This document shows positions 1 to 10,420 of a stretch of DNA of 54,936 nucleotides, one piece after another. Each line of letters begins with the position of its first letter. Within the stretch, counting starts at the first letter, position 1. The notes under the pieces are model-generated. The model did no database searches, had not been told where the DNA came from, and worked only from the letters and a program-made list of their open reading frames with translations. Source of the DNA: Candidatus Thorarchaeota archaeon (GTDB taxonomy: Archaea; Asgardarchaeota; Heimdallarchaeia; Heimdallarchaeales; Heimdallarchaeaceae); NCBI GenBank assembly GCA_048883065.1, contig JBHLQZ010000001.1, positions 1 to 54,936 of the forward strand, in the 5' to 3' direction. The translations under genes and the position numbers were made by a program.

Positions 1-1001
1 ATTTCATTAATACCAGATAGCAAAGCTTTCGATAAATCCATTTCATACTTTTCGATTGCATCCATTGCTATTTTTAATTCTCGCTTCCGACCTTTGTGTT
101 CCGTGTGTAGTCCCTTATAATCCTCTACTAATTTATTAGATAACCAGCAAAAATGATCCATTACTCCACTAATAGCAGCAAATGTGGCTTGATTCCTAGT
201 ACCCCACTCAAATTTTCCAGGAGGATTGTTAGGAGCAGGTTTAACTTTGAAGGGTTTGAGTGCATTAAGAAGTTCTTCTTTCCCATATAGAAAACTTCCA
301 TGGCAACTAAACAGTTTGTAACCTGAAAAAACTAGAAAATCACAGTCTATGTCTTGTACATCTGTTGGACCATGTGCTATGTGATGGACTGCATCTACTA
401 AGAAGTATGCACCTGCTTCTTTAGCTATTTTTCCAATTTCTTTCAATGGTGTTTTTGTTCCAAGCATATTCGATGCAGAAGTAACAGCTATAATCTTAGT
501 CTTAGAATCAATTGATTCTTGAAAATGATCCATATCAAGAGTACCCTCCTCCATGTTTAATCGTGCAAATCTAAGTTGTTGAATTTTACCGCGTTTCTCT
601 AGTTCTACCCATGGGCTTACGTTAGTGTAATGTTCATAATCGGTTGTTACAATATTCTCGCTACCATTGAACTCTCTACCAAGAGCATAGCTTAAATTAA
701 AAAACAAAGATGTCGCAGACTCTCCTGAGATAATGTTTGCTGGAGAAGGAGCATTCAGAAAATCAGCTACAGCTTGCCTTCCAGTATGAATAACAGCTTC
801 TGCTTGCTTTGATTCATCAAAAATTGCACCTACATTTGCACTACAATTAATACGAGCTTCAGCTTCAGCTCTTGCTGCTTTGTCAACAACAAGTGTAGCT
901 GTACCATTATCAAAGAAAGCTCTTTTCCTTTCATTTAAATCAGTCGTTGCTCTAGGAAACGCATCTCTAATTTGTTCTATTAATTTCTTATCGAATATCA
1001 T
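1..1001 (-). CDS. Class V PLP-dependent aminotransferase / cysteine desulfurase-like protein. Partial: the 3' end runs off the window. Not in the supplied ORF track.
   Basis: Manual minus-strand translation from ATG (complement of 999-1001) is open down to position 1: MIFDKKLIEQIRDAFPRATTDLNERKRAFFDNGTATLVV... It contains SASNMLGT...FLVDAVHH...FLVFSGYKLF, resembling the Asp/His and PLP-lysine blocks of class V fold-type I enzymes. Confidence 0.65.
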   Translation of the reverse strand, partial: MIFDKKLIEQIRDAFPRATTDLNERKRAFFDNGTATLVVDKAARAEAEARINCSANVGAIFDESKQAEAVIHTGRQAVADFLNAPSPANIISGESATSLFFNLSYALGREFNGSENIVTTDYEHYTNVSPWVELEKRGKIQQLRFARLNMEEGTLDMDHFQESIDSKTKIIAVTSASNMLGTKTPLKEIGKIAKEAGAYFLVDAVHHIAHGPTDVQDIDCDFLVFSGYKLFSCHGSFLYGKEELLNALKPFKVKPAPNNPPGKFEWGTRNQATFAAISGVMDHFCWLSNKLVEDYKGLHTEHKGRKRELKIAMDAIEKYEMDLSKALLSGINE

Positions 1002-1136
1002 CTGATTAATTGTGTTTCACACGTTGTTTAAAAGTTTCTTACATATTCTTATCGAAATTATCCAAGACCTAATTGAAAGGTATTGAGAAGAAATGAAAGT
1101 TTTTTATGAAGCTTATTAGAGAAATATTTGAGATAA

Positions 1137-2171
1137 ATGAATGAAAAACCAGCAATCAACATATTGTGTATCTGGCAACCAAATGAAAAATTAAAAAATT
1201 ATCTACTCAAAGGATTAAAAGCTTATCCTCAAGTTAATCTTATTATCCCTAAGGATACGTCAAATGAAACCTTCATACAACTAGCAAAAAAACATAAACC
1301 TGAAATTATAATGGGTTGGAGGCCAACTAAAGAACTACTAGAAACAGCAGAAAATCTTAAACTTTTCATAAATCCTGGAGCTGGAATTCAGCATTTAATA
1401 CCTCTTTTTAAAGAACTAACAAAAGAACGTGATATTACTTTAGTAAATGGGCATGGTAATTCTTATTTTACAGCCCAGCATGCAGTGGCTTTGCTATTAA
1501 CATTATCAAATAAGGTTATTACTCACCATAATTGGATGGTTCAAGGATTATGGAGGAGAGGTGATACTTATGCTACATCAATTCCCATAAGAGATAGAAA
1601 AATAGGTTTGTTAGGTTATGGAGCAGTTAATCAAAAGGTACACAAGCTTTTATCTGGGTTTGATGTAGAATTTTCAATTCTACGAAGAGAGTGGTCAAAG
1701 AAAGAAGAATCCCTCCCTACTCCAGTTAATAAATATACTATTAATGAACTGCATCTATTTCTAAAAGAAGTAGATATACTGATTGTTGCTATACCTTTGA
1801 CAGAAAAAACCGAGGGATTATTAGGAAAGGATGAACTTAAGCTCTTAGGGAAAGATGGTCTTTTAGTCAATATGGGGAGGGGATCTGTAATTGATGAAGA
1901 AAGTTTGTATTCTGTTTTACGAGATGAAATAATAGCTGGTGCAGCTATAGATGTTTGGTATAATTACCAACCAGAACCAACACCTGAAGGTTTGAAATAT
2001 CCTTCATCTTATCCTTTTCATACGTTGGAAAATGTCGTTTTGTCTCCTCATAGAGGAGCTTCGCCTATGAGTGATTTAAGAAGATGGGATGAACAGATTG
2101 AAATTATATCTCAATTTGCTAGGGGAGAAAAAAAATATTTAAACACAGTCAATATTAATGAAGGCTACTAG
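1137..2171 (+). CDS. D-isomer-specific 2-hydroxyacid dehydrogenase family (glyoxylate/hydroxypyruvate reductase or phosphoglycerate dehydrogenase-like)
   Basis: Rossmann motif GLLGYGAVNQKV (GxGxxG). The MGRGSVID and SPHRGAS blocks match the catalytic Arg/Glu/His region of the family. 344 aa. Confidence 0.8.
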   Translation: MNEKPAINILCIWQPNEKLKNYLLKGLKAYPQVNLIIPKDTSNETFIQLAKKHKPEIIMGWRPTKELLETAENLKLFINPGAGIQHLIPLFKELTKERDITLVNGHGNSYFTAQHAVALLLTLSNKVITHHNWMVQGLWRRGDTYATSIPIRDRKIGLLGYGAVNQKVHKLLSGFDVEFSILRREWSKKEESLPTPVNKYTINELHLFLKEVDILIVAIPLTEKTEGLLGKDELKLLGKDGLLVNMGRGSVIDEESLYSVLRDEIIAGAAIDVWYNYQPEPTPEGLKYPSSYPFHTLENVVLSPHRGASPMSDLRRWDEQIEIISQFARGEKKYLNTVNINEGY

Positions 2172-2175
2172 TTTT

Positions 2176-2760
2176 CTAATTTCTTGTATTTTTATTCTTT
2201 CTTTGTTTTCTTTTAAAAATTCTAACAAAAGGAAACCCTAAAGAATAAACCATAAATTCAAAGAAAAACGATCCTTTTTCAGGTGGAGTCCCTTTTAACC
2301 TACTTTCAAACGCATCTAATGTGTTTCCAAGAAGATTTCCCATAGTAATCATTTGGATAAATAGAAGTATGTCTTGTGATTTTTCTTTACCATAAAAATC
2401 CAATAATTTTTCTTTTGATTCATCTGAAGGTAAACCTCCTGTTTCCGCATAATGTAGAGCAAATGCAAGGGCAATTAATTCCTCAGAATCACAGGAACCA
2501 AAATCTTGAGCCATGATCTCATTTATTTCTTCTTCAGTGCATCCATATTTTAATGCTGTTTTAGTATGTCCCCACTCACAATATTTGCATTCGTTTACAG
2601 CAGTAACTGCTAGCATTATTCTCTCTCTAAATTGAGAGCTAATACGTTCAGATTTCATTGCGTCTCTAATTTTGGAGGATTTTGCAATCATTCTTACTAA
2701 ATCTCGCAAAAAACCACGAAATGTATAACTTCTCTTTTTGAAATATTGAGATGCATGCAT
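2176..2760 (-). CDS. Carboxymuconolactone decarboxylase (CMD) / AhpD-like peroxidase family protein
   Basis: CKYCEWGH fits the CxxCxxxH motif typical of AhpD/CMD-fold proteins. 194 aa. Lies 80 nt downstream of the ABC operon on the same strand. Confidence 0.65.
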   Translation of the reverse strand: MHASQYFKKRSYTFRGFLRDLVRMIAKSSKIRDAMKSERISSQFRERIMLAVTAVNECKYCEWGHTKTALKYGCTEEEINEIMAQDFGSCDSEELIALAFALHYAETGGLPSDESKEKLLDFYGKEKSQDILLFIQMITMGNLLGNTLDAFESRLKGTPPEKGSFFFEFMVYSLGFPFVRIFKRKQRKNKNTRN

Positions 2761-2840
2761 AAGTTGAAATTTGACTTCTAATTATATAATTTATTATTTG
2801 TTAAAAAATTAAAAGCAAACTAAAAAAAGAAAAAGAGTAA

Positions 2841-3887
2841 TTAAATTTCAGGGAAATGACAAGCAACATAATGGTTTGATTCAATCTCTTCAAGCATGGG
2901 TGTTTTTTTGCTACATATTTCTTGAGCTTTGTAGCATCTTGGGTGAAATGGACATCCTGAGGGTGGATTTATTGGACTTGGCACATCTCCTTCTAGAATG
3001 ATACGGTCCATCTTAATACGCGGATCAGGGCGAGGAATAGCAGATAGCAATGATACAGAATAAGGATGTGCTGTTCTGCGAAATAGTTCCCCTGTAGGAG
3101 TCATTTCCATAATCTTACCTAGATACATCACAGCTACTCTGTCTGAAACATGTTTAATTACACTAAGATCATGTGCAATAAACATGAATGTTAAGTTAAA
3201 GTCTAGTTGAAGATCATGTAGAAGATTCAAGATTTGTGCTTGAACTGATACATCCAATGCAGAAACTGGTTCATCAAGTAAGATAACCTCTGGATGTATT
3301 GCCAGAGCTCTAGCTATACCTATTCTTTGTCTTTGTCCACCACTAAACTCATGAGGATATCTCAAAGCGTGATAGTCCTCTAATCCTACTTTTGCTAAAA
3401 TCTCAAGTACCCTAGACTCTTTTTCCTCATAAGCCATATCAGGATAATGTATATCAAATGGCTCCTTAATGAGATCAAGAACCATTCTTCTTGGATTTAG
3501 GCTTGAATATGGGTCTTGAAAAACCATCTGTAGTTGGCGTTTGATAGAAAGCTCTTCTTCTCTAGTCATTGGTTGAAAAATATCAATTCCTTTGAAATAT
3601 ACAGAACCTTCTGTTGGTTCCTCAAGTTTGCTTATTACTCTTGCTGTAGTACTTTTACCACAACCAGACTCACCTACTAATCCTAGCGTTTCACCTTTAT
3701 TTAAAAACAGTTTAACTCCATCAACAGCTTTAATCTGCGCAACCACTCGAGAAAATAGCACAGATTGTTGACTTACAGGAAACCATTTTCTAAGATTAAT
3801 CAGATTTATTATTGGTTGGGTTTTAGAGTCCCAATCAGCAAAAAGATCAACTGTTTCATATTCTTCAAATGTTGTTACCATCTTCAT
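2841..3887 (-). CDS. Oligopeptide/dipeptide ABC transporter ATP-binding protein (OppF/DppF-like)
   Basis: Walker A GESGCGKST, signature FSGGQRQR, Walker B ILLDEP, and a C-terminal HPYS...CPFHPRC oligopeptide-type extension. Overlaps the upstream ATPase gene by 4 nt. Confidence 0.88.
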   Translation of the reverse strand: MKMVTTFEEYETVDLFADWDSKTQPIINLINLRKWFPVSQQSVLFSRVVAQIKAVDGVKLFLNKGETLGLVGESGCGKSTTARVISKLEEPTEGSVYFKGIDIFQPMTREEELSIKRQLQMVFQDPYSSLNPRRMVLDLIKEPFDIHYPDMAYEEKESRVLEILAKVGLEDYHALRYPHEFSGGQRQRIGIARALAIHPEVILLDEPVSALDVSVQAQILNLLHDLQLDFNLTFMFIAHDLSVIKHVSDRVAVMYLGKIMEMTPTGELFRRTAHPYSVSLLSAIPRPDPRIKMDRIILEGDVPSPINPPSGCPFHPRCYKAQEICSKKTPMLEEIESNHYVACHFPEI

Positions 3888-4915
3888 ACCTCCTCCTTAA
3901 CAGTTTCTTTCTCAGCAAAAAGATCTTTATCGACATGCAAATCAAGCTCTTCGAAATGATGACATGCAACACGTCGTTCTTTCCCAAAAGAAATTTCTGG
4001 GGGACGAATTCTTGAACAAACCTCTGTTGCATATTTGCACCGAGGATGAAAACGACAACCCGTTGGAGGATTAATTAATCTTGGTACTGTGCCTGGTATA
4101 GTTTCAAGACGTGTTTTGTCTTTTTCTAGTGAGGGGATACTATCAAACAATGCTCTTGTATAGGGATGTTTTGGATCTAGAAAAATGTCATCTGTAGAAC
4201 CAGATTCAACAACTCTACCTCCATAGAAGATATGCACTCGTTTAGTTATTTCTGCAACAACACCAAGATTATGAGTAATAAGCATCATCGCTAATCCCAA
4301 CCTTTGTTGCATTTCTTTTATGATTTCAAGGACTTGAGCTTGGATAGTTACATCAAGGGCTGTAGTTGGTTCATCCGCAATTAATAGACTAGGTTGTAGT
4401 GCTAGAGCTCTTGCAATGAGAATACGCTGTCTCATTCCACCACTGAATTGATGAGGGTAATCGATTATTCTTTTTTCAGCTTCTGGAATACCAACTTGTT
4501 CAAGGGCTTCTATAGCTAATTGTTTCGCTTCATCCTTCTTACATTTTCTATGAATAGCAATAACCTCTGTCATTTGATCTTCTACTCTGAAAATTGGATT
4601 AAGGCTAGTCATAGGGTCCTGAAAAATCATTGCAATTTCTCTTCCCCTGATTTTACGCATTTGTAAATCAGGAAGTTGAAGTAAATCAATTCCCTTATAC
4701 AGTATCTTACCTGAAATTGTTTTACCATTCTTATCTAGGATTTTTAAAATTGATTTACCTGTTACTGTTTTCCCACATCCAGATTCACCGACAATGCCAA
4801 CAGGCTCTCCAGGTCTAACATCAAAGGAAACACCATCAAGAGCCTCAACTATGCCTGATTCTGTATAAAAATACGTGTAAATATTTTGTACATCTAATAA
4901 TGGTTTCATTTTCAT
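3884..4915 (-). CDS. Oligopeptide/dipeptide ABC transporter ATP-binding protein (OppD/DppD-like)
   Basis: Walker [10 protein letters not shown], signature FSGGMRQR, Walker B LIADEP, and a C-terminal HPYTRAL...CRFHPRC block. Confidence 0.88.
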   Translation of the reverse strand: MKMKPLLDVQNIYTYFYTESGIVEALDGVSFDVRPGEPVGIVGESGCGKTVTGKSILKILDKNGKTISGKILYKGIDLLQLPDLQMRKIRGREIAMIFQDPMTSLNPIFRVEDQMTEVIAIHRKCKKDEAKQLAIEALEQVGIPEAEKRIIDYPHQFSGGMRQRILIARALALQPSLLIADEPTTALDVTIQAQVLEIIKEMQQRLGLAMMLITHNLGVVAEITKRVHIFYGGRVVESGSTDDIFLDPKHPYTRALFDSIPSLEKDKTRLETIPGTVPRLINPPTGCRFHPRCKYATEVCSRIRPPEISFGKERRVACHHFEELDLHVDKDLFAEKETVKEEV

Positions 4916-6141
4916 TACTCTCTTAATCTTGGATCCAACGCATCTCTTAATGCGTCTCCTAATAGGTTAAATGCTAAGACAACAAAGAATATTGCAAATC
5001 CTGGAAGTAGTGCTAATTCGGGATTCGTTTTTAAGTTCGTTTGAGCTTCATTTACCATTTGCCCCCACGATATCGTGGTTGGACTTCCTAATCCTAGGAA
5101 AGTTAAACCTGCTTCTGAAAGTATACCCCCAGCAATTCCTAGTGTTACTATAACTATAATCGGAGCTAGGATGTTAGGAAGTATATGTACTAAAATTATC
5201 CTCCTGTTACTTGCTCCTAATACTCTTGCAGCATTAACATAATCTAAATTATATATTTGCTTCGTATTCGCATTTACTAGCCTACATAGCCCTGCCCATC
5301 CAAAAACCCCTAGTACTATAATAATTACTACAGACTGTGGTATTTGTCTTAGAAAAGCCAATCTTCCCCTTCTTATAAAGGATACTGCAAGGATAGCTAT
5401 TACAAGAAATGGTAATGCAAGGAACATATCAGTTAATCTCATGATTATTTCCTCTGTCCATCCTCTGTAATATCCTGCTAGAGCTCCTAAAGCCACTCCA
5501 ATTATTGCAGATAAGAAACTGGAGAATAAACCTACAGTCAGAGAAACTTCACTTCCCGCAAGAATTCTTGAAAATTCATCTCTTCCTAGAACATCTGTTC
5601 CTCCAGGATATTTCAAATTAGGATTAGATAATGAACCACCACCATTCCAAGCATCAAAAAGTGGAGTTGTACCTACTGGGCTGAAAGGCATAAGAATTGG
5701 ATAGATAATAGCAATAATAGTTACCAAAATAACTATTGCTCCTGAAAGTACTGCGATTTTATTTTTCTTATATCTTCTCCAGACTAAAGTCCATTGTGAA
5801 GGACTTCGTTCTCTCAAAGTTCCGTCTTTCGCAATGATTATTTCTTGTTTTGTAGCGGTTTTTCTTATATAACTCCAGCCTATTCTTAATCCTATCCAAA
5901 CTGCTGAAAAAGCTAATGAATATATAATATTCAAGTAAATTGCTTGATTATTAGTAAAAACGAGTACTAAGAATAAACCAATTAGAATTACTAAGAATTC
6001 TATGATGAAATTGAAGTAGAAGTGTTTCCAACCCACGGCTAGTACTCCTGCCCAAGTCATTGATTTTGGGAGTCTTTTTTCTTTCATGTAACTGTCTAAT
6101 CTTCTTGTGAAAGTTCCTTTTTTTCTTGCTGTTCTTTCCAT
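4915..6141 (-). CDS. Opp/Dpp-type ABC permease (OppC/DppC-like) with an N-terminal extension of about 115 aa carrying extra TM segments
   Basis: The C-terminal ~290 aa has the typical binding-protein-dependent permease layout (EAA-like region LGASNRRIILVHILPN). The N-terminal hydrophobic extension precedes the canonical WRRYKKNKIAV start. Confidence 0.8.
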   Translation of the reverse strand: MERTARKKGTFTRRLDSYMKEKRLPKSMTWAGVLAVGWKHFYFNFIIEFLVILIGLFLVLVFTNNQAIYLNIIYSLAFSAVWIGLRIGWSYIRKTATKQEIIIAKDGTLRERSPSQWTLVWRRYKKNKIAVLSGAIVILVTIIAIIYPILMPFSPVGTTPLFDAWNGGGSLSNPNLKYPGGTDVLGRDEFSRILAGSEVSLTVGLFSSFLSAIIGVALGALAGYYRGWTEEIIMRLTDMFLALPFLVIAILAVSFIRRGRLAFLRQIPQSVVIIIVLGVFGWAGLCRLVNANTKQIYNLDYVNAARVLGASNRRIILVHILPNILAPIIVIVTLGIAGGILSEAGLTFLGLGSPTTISWGQMVNEAQTNLKTNPELALLPGFAIFFVVLAFNLLGDALRDALDPRLRE

Positions 6142-6157
6142 CTTTAGATCACCTTGC

Positions 6158-7918
6158 TTAAAGTTCTATTCGTGGGTCCACTGCCACATAAACAATATCA
6201 GTAACTAAGTTTCCAATCAGAATCAGTATCGTAAGGATTGCCGTCGTACCTAATATCATTGGGAAGTCAAGAAATCCAATTGCTACTACATACTTGTAAC
6301 CTAACCCCGGCCAAGTAAATAGAGTTTCAGTAATTGGAGCTCCTGCTAATGCAGTAGCCAAGAATAAACCAATATAAGTTACAACCGGAATAAGAGTGTT
6401 TCGAAAAGCATGCTTCCATGTTACAACTCTTTCAGATAAACCATTTGCCCTTGCAGCTAGAATGAAATCTTGTCTTAGAACTTCTAACATTGAAGATCTG
6501 ACTAATCTAGTATAGAGCGCCATAAAATTAAATGCTAAGGTAACAGTAGGTAGAACCATATGCATAATTGAGTCAAGTAATCTTTCTGAAACACTTGTCC
6601 ACCACGCGCTCATTTGTCCAGAAAAGAATAAATGCACCGTATCTGAACTAAACACTGGCGTAGGCGTTGGTACTCTATGCGCTTTAGCTGCAGGGAACCA
6701 ACCCAATCCATAACCACTGAAAACGTATATCAGTATTAAACCAAAGACAAATATAGGCATAGATTGAGCTAAAAGAGCAAAAGCACTTGCTGATGTATCT
6801 ATCCATGTGTTTTGATTTTTAGCTGCAACAACTCCTAATGGAATTGAAGTAACCAATGCAATAACATAAGCAGCTAATTGAAGTTTTAGTGTTTCCCAAA
6901 CTAAACCACCAATTATACTATTTATTGGTTGTCCAGAAGTGAAAGACTGCCCCATGTCACCTTGTATTAGGTTGTAAAACCACATTAAAAATTGAACATA
7001 TACTGGTTGATCTAAACCAAGCTTTCGCGTGAGATTAATTCTATCTTGTTCTGTTGCTCTCTGTTTTCCTAATAACATCAATGCTACAGGATCTCCCATA
7101 CCGCTAACCATTACAAACGTCATGATACATATTGCAATAAAGAGAGGAATAAGTGTTAAAAGACGACGAGTAATGTAAGTTGTTAATCTCAATCCAGCAA
7201 CAGTCTTAATCCACCTAACCACAGTGTTTTCGCCTAATCTTCTCCCCATTTCAGTTCCAGCTGTTTTTTGCCAGTCAACTGGAAGGAAAATCCCTGTGAC
7301 TAGCATAAGAATGCCTATTATATATATATAGAAACCAGGACTTATAGATCCAGCAAGTCCTATGTCGTAATATGAAGGAGTTGCATCATTTGGATTAAAA
7401 GTAATTGGATTAAGATTTATCGTAGACGCCGATTGCCCCGTCACTGCTGCTTGATATCTTTCTGCTGCAATAAATATCGTCCGATTCATACTAATGATTG
7501 AAGCTATTAGCCCACAAAGGAATAAAATTGCAGCTGCAATATCAGCAACTGTTCCTCTAGACTTAAATCCTCCACTTTGAAATACTTGCCCTAAAACTGT
7601 AGCTAAAATGGCAAAAATTAGTATAAACCATACTGCAGCGGAAAGAATCACTATGCTGCTTGGTACTTCTGATGATAGAAGATAAGCACTTGTTTTATTA
7701 GTTGCGCTGGAGAATGTCAAAACTTTATATTCAATTCTAAAGGATAACACTCTAACCAAGGTTCCGTTGTTTCCTACTAAATTGGCTGGATCGTTATGTG
7801 TTCCAGCTATTGATGCAGGTTGTGAATCAAAGGTAATTGTATATAATGGTATGAATGCAGAAACTATTAACAAGAGAAATCCAACAATTTTAAGTGAAAT
7901 TGCTACACTTTTATCCAT
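6158..7918 (-). CDS. Opp/Dpp-type ABC permease (OppB/DppB-like) fused to an N-terminal membrane domain of about 245 aa
   Basis: The canonical OppB core starts near YITRRLLTLIPLFIAICIMTFV (about aa 248) and includes ARANGLSERVVTWKHAFRN (EAA loop). The N-terminal part has about 4 predicted TM helices and two hydrophilic loops. Confidence 0.75.
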   Translation of the reverse strand: MDKSVAISLKIVGFLLLIVSAFIPLYTITFDSQPASIAGTHNDPANLVGNNGTLVRVLSFRIEYKVLTFSSATNKTSAYLLSSEVPSSIVILSAAVWFILIFAILATVLGQVFQSGGFKSRGTVADIAAAILFLCGLIASIISMNRTIFIAAERYQAAVTGQSASTINLNPITFNPNDATPSYYDIGLAGSISPGFYIYIIGILMLVTGIFLPVDWQKTAGTEMGRRLGENTVVRWIKTVAGLRLTTYITRRLLTLIPLFIAICIMTFVMVSGMGDPVALMLLGKQRATEQDRINLTRKLGLDQPVYVQFLMWFYNLIQGDMGQSFTSGQPINSIIGGLVWETLKLQLAAYVIALVTSIPLGVVAAKNQNTWIDTSASAFALLAQSMPIFVFGLILIYVFSGYGLGWFPAAKAHRVPTPTPVFSSDTVHLFFSGQMSAWWTSVSERLLDSIMHMVLPTVTLAFNFMALYTRLVRSSMLEVLRQDFILAARANGLSERVVTWKHAFRNTLIPVVTYIGLFLATALAGAPITETLFTWPGLGYKYVVAIGFLDFPMILGTTAILTILILIGNLVTDIVYVAVDPRIEL

Positions 7919-8275
7919 AATAAACCACTCGAGTGAATGTGAACAGATTTTTCTATTCTTTGTTTAACAAACAACTAAAGTTTTTATAAATGTTGTCTCG
8001 ATTTATAGAAAAGAGAAACAAGGATTGGAATCATATTTTACTCAAATTTATTAAATTACATATTCTGAAACCATGTGAAACAAAATCTCCTTCAAATAGA
8101 ATGAAAATATAGTTATTTCAATTCAATAATTGGAATGTAAATTCATATGGAAAAAATCAGTTAACAAAAAAAAAATCGAAAGAATTCTAAAACTATTGCG
8201 AGTTGATTTTTGCTAAACTAACGATAACAAAAAATATTTAAAGAAAATAAGGAAGAAAGAGACGACAAGATAAAT

Positions 8276-8354
8276 GGGGCAGTGATCTAGCTCGGTTTAT
8301 GATACCCGCTTGACGTGCGGGAGGTCGGTGGTTCAAATCCGCCCTGCCCCACCA
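8276..8354 (+). tRNA. tRNA-Val (anticodon GAC), CCA encoded
   Basis: Cloverleaf read by eye. Acceptor GGGGCAG/CTGCCCC. D-arm with GG. Anticodon stem CCCGC/GCGGG with loop TTGACGT (U33, GAC). T-arm GGTGG-TTCAAAT-CCGCC. Discriminator A followed by CCA. Confidence 0.85.
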
Positions 8355-8357
8355 CAA

Positions 8358-8363
8358 TTTTTT
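8358..8363 (+). terminator. Oligo-T tract (T6) directly after tRNA-Val; candidate archaeal terminator
   Basis: TTTTTT begins 4 nt after the encoded CCA. Archaeal RNA polymerase terminates at oligo-T tracts. Confidence 0.35.
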
Positions 8364-8413
8364 CAAATCTAACCAAGTTTATACATCTATTGATTCCTTC
8401 TTTCTCTTGAGAA

Positions 8414-9334
8414 TCAAGTGAATAATCCTTCAACACTTAGGTATCTTTGACCTGTATCTGCAAGAATAACTATAATGTTTTTATTCTTATCCCCTTCTCT
8501 TTTAACAATTTGTGCTGCTGCTTCACAAACTGCTCCTGAACTTATTCCTACCAATAAACCTTCCTTTATTGCTATTTTTTTACACATTTCAAATGCAGCA
8601 GATTGTTTTACCAAGAGTATTTCATCAATAATTTCTTTATCAAGTGTTTCTGGAACAAAACCAGGTGCTGTTCCCATCATTTTGTGAGGTTTAAAAATCC
8701 CTTTAGATATGTATGGTGATTCCTCTGGTTCAACTGCTATTAGTTTGATTTTAGGATTCTTTGATTTTAGGAATCTACCCGAACCACAAATTGTTCCTCC
8801 CGTACCTAATCCTGCAATCAAGATATCTATGTTTCCTTTGGTTTGTTCCCAAATTTCTGGACCAGTAGTCAAATAATGTGCATTTGGATTAGATGGATTA
8901 ACGTGTTGCCCAACGTAGAAAAAGTCTGGATTGTCTTTCAATATTTCTTTAAGTTTTTGCCTTGATCCTTCAGTACCTAAATTCGCAGGCGTTAGAATTA
9001 ATTCAGCTCCAAGAGCTTTGAGAATTTTACGACGTTCTATACTTTGTATTTCTGACATAACTAAAATAGCATTATACCCCCTTATTGCAGAAATGAACGC
9101 AACTGCCATACCTGTATTCCCACTTGTACACTCAATCACCGTATCACCTGGTTTGAGTAATTTTTGTTCTTCTGCATCTTTAAAGATCTGAAGTATAGGA
9201 CGATCCTTTAAGCTTAATGGATTCATGAATTCACATTTACCATAGATTTTTGAATTTGGAAAAATTCTTTTCAATCTTAATAAAGGTGTGTTACCAATTA
9301 ACTCTGTAATATCATTTAAAGCTTTCAACTGCAA
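8414..9334 (-). CDS. cysK: Cysteine synthase / O-acetyl(phospho)serine sulfhydrylase (PLP fold-type II)
   Basis: PLP-lysine block NPLSLKDR, substrate loop TSGNTG, and glycine-rich GLGTGGTICG. 306 aa. CysK versus CysM or a CBS-like enzyme cannot be distinguished by eye. Confidence 0.78.
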   Translation of the reverse strand: MQLKALNDITELIGNTPLLRLKRIFPNSKIYGKCEFMNPLSLKDRPILQIFKDAEEQKLLKPGDTVIECTSGNTGMAVAFISAIRGYNAILVMSEIQSIERRKILKALGAELILTPANLGTEGSRQKLKEILKDNPDFFYVGQHVNPSNPNAHYLTTGPEIWEQTKGNIDILIAGLGTGGTICGSGRFLKSKNPKIKLIAVEPEESPYISKGIFKPHKMMGTAPGFVPETLDKEIIDEILLVKQSAAFEMCKKIAIKEGLLVGISSGAVCEAAAQIVKREGDKNKNIIVILADTGQRYLSVEGLFT

Positions 9335-9410
9335 TTCCTCTGGTTGAAAGAATATATTTAACCATTAAATAAACTTTGTAAAATCTTTTTCCAAATCCTT
9401 TTATCTAAAG

Positions 9411-9418
9411 TTTATATA
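9411..9418 (+). promoter_or_regulatory. Candidate TATA box for the serine/threonine dehydratase gene
   Basis: TTTATATA is centred about 34 nt upstream of the ATG at 9449, consistent with a very short 5' UTR. AT-rich background makes this weak. Confidence 0.3.
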
Positions 9419-9448
9419 ATTGGAAAATCTTCTTTCATTTGGAAACTC

Positions 9449-10402
9449 ATGGGCGTCCTTCAAGAAGCTTTAGATGCAGAAAAAAGAATAAAGGGGCATG
9501 TTATTGAAACTCAACTTGAGCATTCTAAATTCCTTAGCGATTTAGGTAATTGTAATGTTTTCCTTAAATTAGAAAACATGCAAATTACTGGTTCTTTCAA
9601 ATTAAGAGGATCAATGAATAAAATCCTATCAACCATAGAAAATGAAAATGAAGCTGAGTTTGTTACAGCCTCTTCTGGTAATCATGGTCTAGCTTTCGCT
9701 TATGCTATTAATAAACTTGGGATAAAAGGAAGAATATTTTTACCTACAACCACTTCAAATGCAAAAAGAGAGCCAATAGAACAATATGATGTGGAGGTAA
9801 ATATCTATGGAGATGATTGTGTAAAAACAGAAATACATGCAAGAGAAATTGCTAAAAGAAGAGGTTTGGTTTTTGTTTCTCCTTATAATGATTCTAAAGT
9901 TATTGCCGGGCAATCAACAATAGCTATTGAACTTGAAAAACAATTAAACACAATAGATTACATACTTGTACCTGTTGGGGGTGGAGGATTGATTTCAGGT
10001 ATTGCTGGATATTTAAAAGAAAAAAAATCTTCCGTAATGATTATTGGTTGTCAACCCATCAATTCTGCTGTTATGTATGAATCAATCAAAGCAGGAAAAA
10101 TCTTAGATTTACCTTCTAAACCAACATTATCTGATGGAACAGCAGGAGGAATAGAAGAAAATTCTATAACTTTTGATTTGTGTAGACAATATGTCGACGA
10201 TTATATTCTTGTAACAGAAGACGAAATAAAAGAAGCAATTAAGTTAATTTTTAAAAAACACCACATGCAAATTGAAGGAGCTGCTGCTTTATCAGTAGCA
10301 TCTTTTATCAAAAACAGTAAGAAATTCGAAGGTAAAAATGTAGTTCTAATTTTAAGTGGTTCTAAAATTGAAGCTGCAGAATTTAAGAAAATCATAAGAT
10401 GA
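9449..10402 (+). CDS. Threonine/serine dehydratase (PLP fold-type II, catabolic-type, no ACT domain)
   Basis: PLP-lysine motif TGSFKLRG, SSGNHG, and glycine loop VGGGGLISG. 317 aa. Confidence 0.78.
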   Translation: MGVLQEALDAEKRIKGHVIETQLEHSKFLSDLGNCNVFLKLENMQITGSFKLRGSMNKILSTIENENEAEFVTASSGNHGLAFAYAINKLGIKGRIFLPTTTSNAKREPIEQYDVEVNIYGDDCVKTEIHAREIAKRRGLVFVSPYNDSKVIAGQSTIAIELEKQLNTIDYILVPVGGGGLISGIAGYLKEKKSSVMIIGCQPINSAVMYESIKAGKILDLPSKPTLSDGTAGGIEENSITFDLCRQYVDDYILVTEDEIKEAIKLIFKKHHMQIEGAAALSVASFIKNSKKFEGKNVVLILSGSKIEAAEFKKIIR

Positions 10403-10420
10403 AATTGTAGTATGATTATT

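Noticed and set aside
7919-8275. Unusually long (357 nt) non-coding gap upstream of the Opp operon, including a 40-codon ORF (7990-8112, MLSRFIEKRNKDWNH...) and an A10 run.
   Set aside because: I could not find convincing stems, C/D-box or H/ACA-like motifs, or repeats. The short ORF has no SD or promoter support and a composition typical of random AT-rich sequence. It may still hold a promoter, 5' UTR or an ncRNA, but nothing is supportable by eye.
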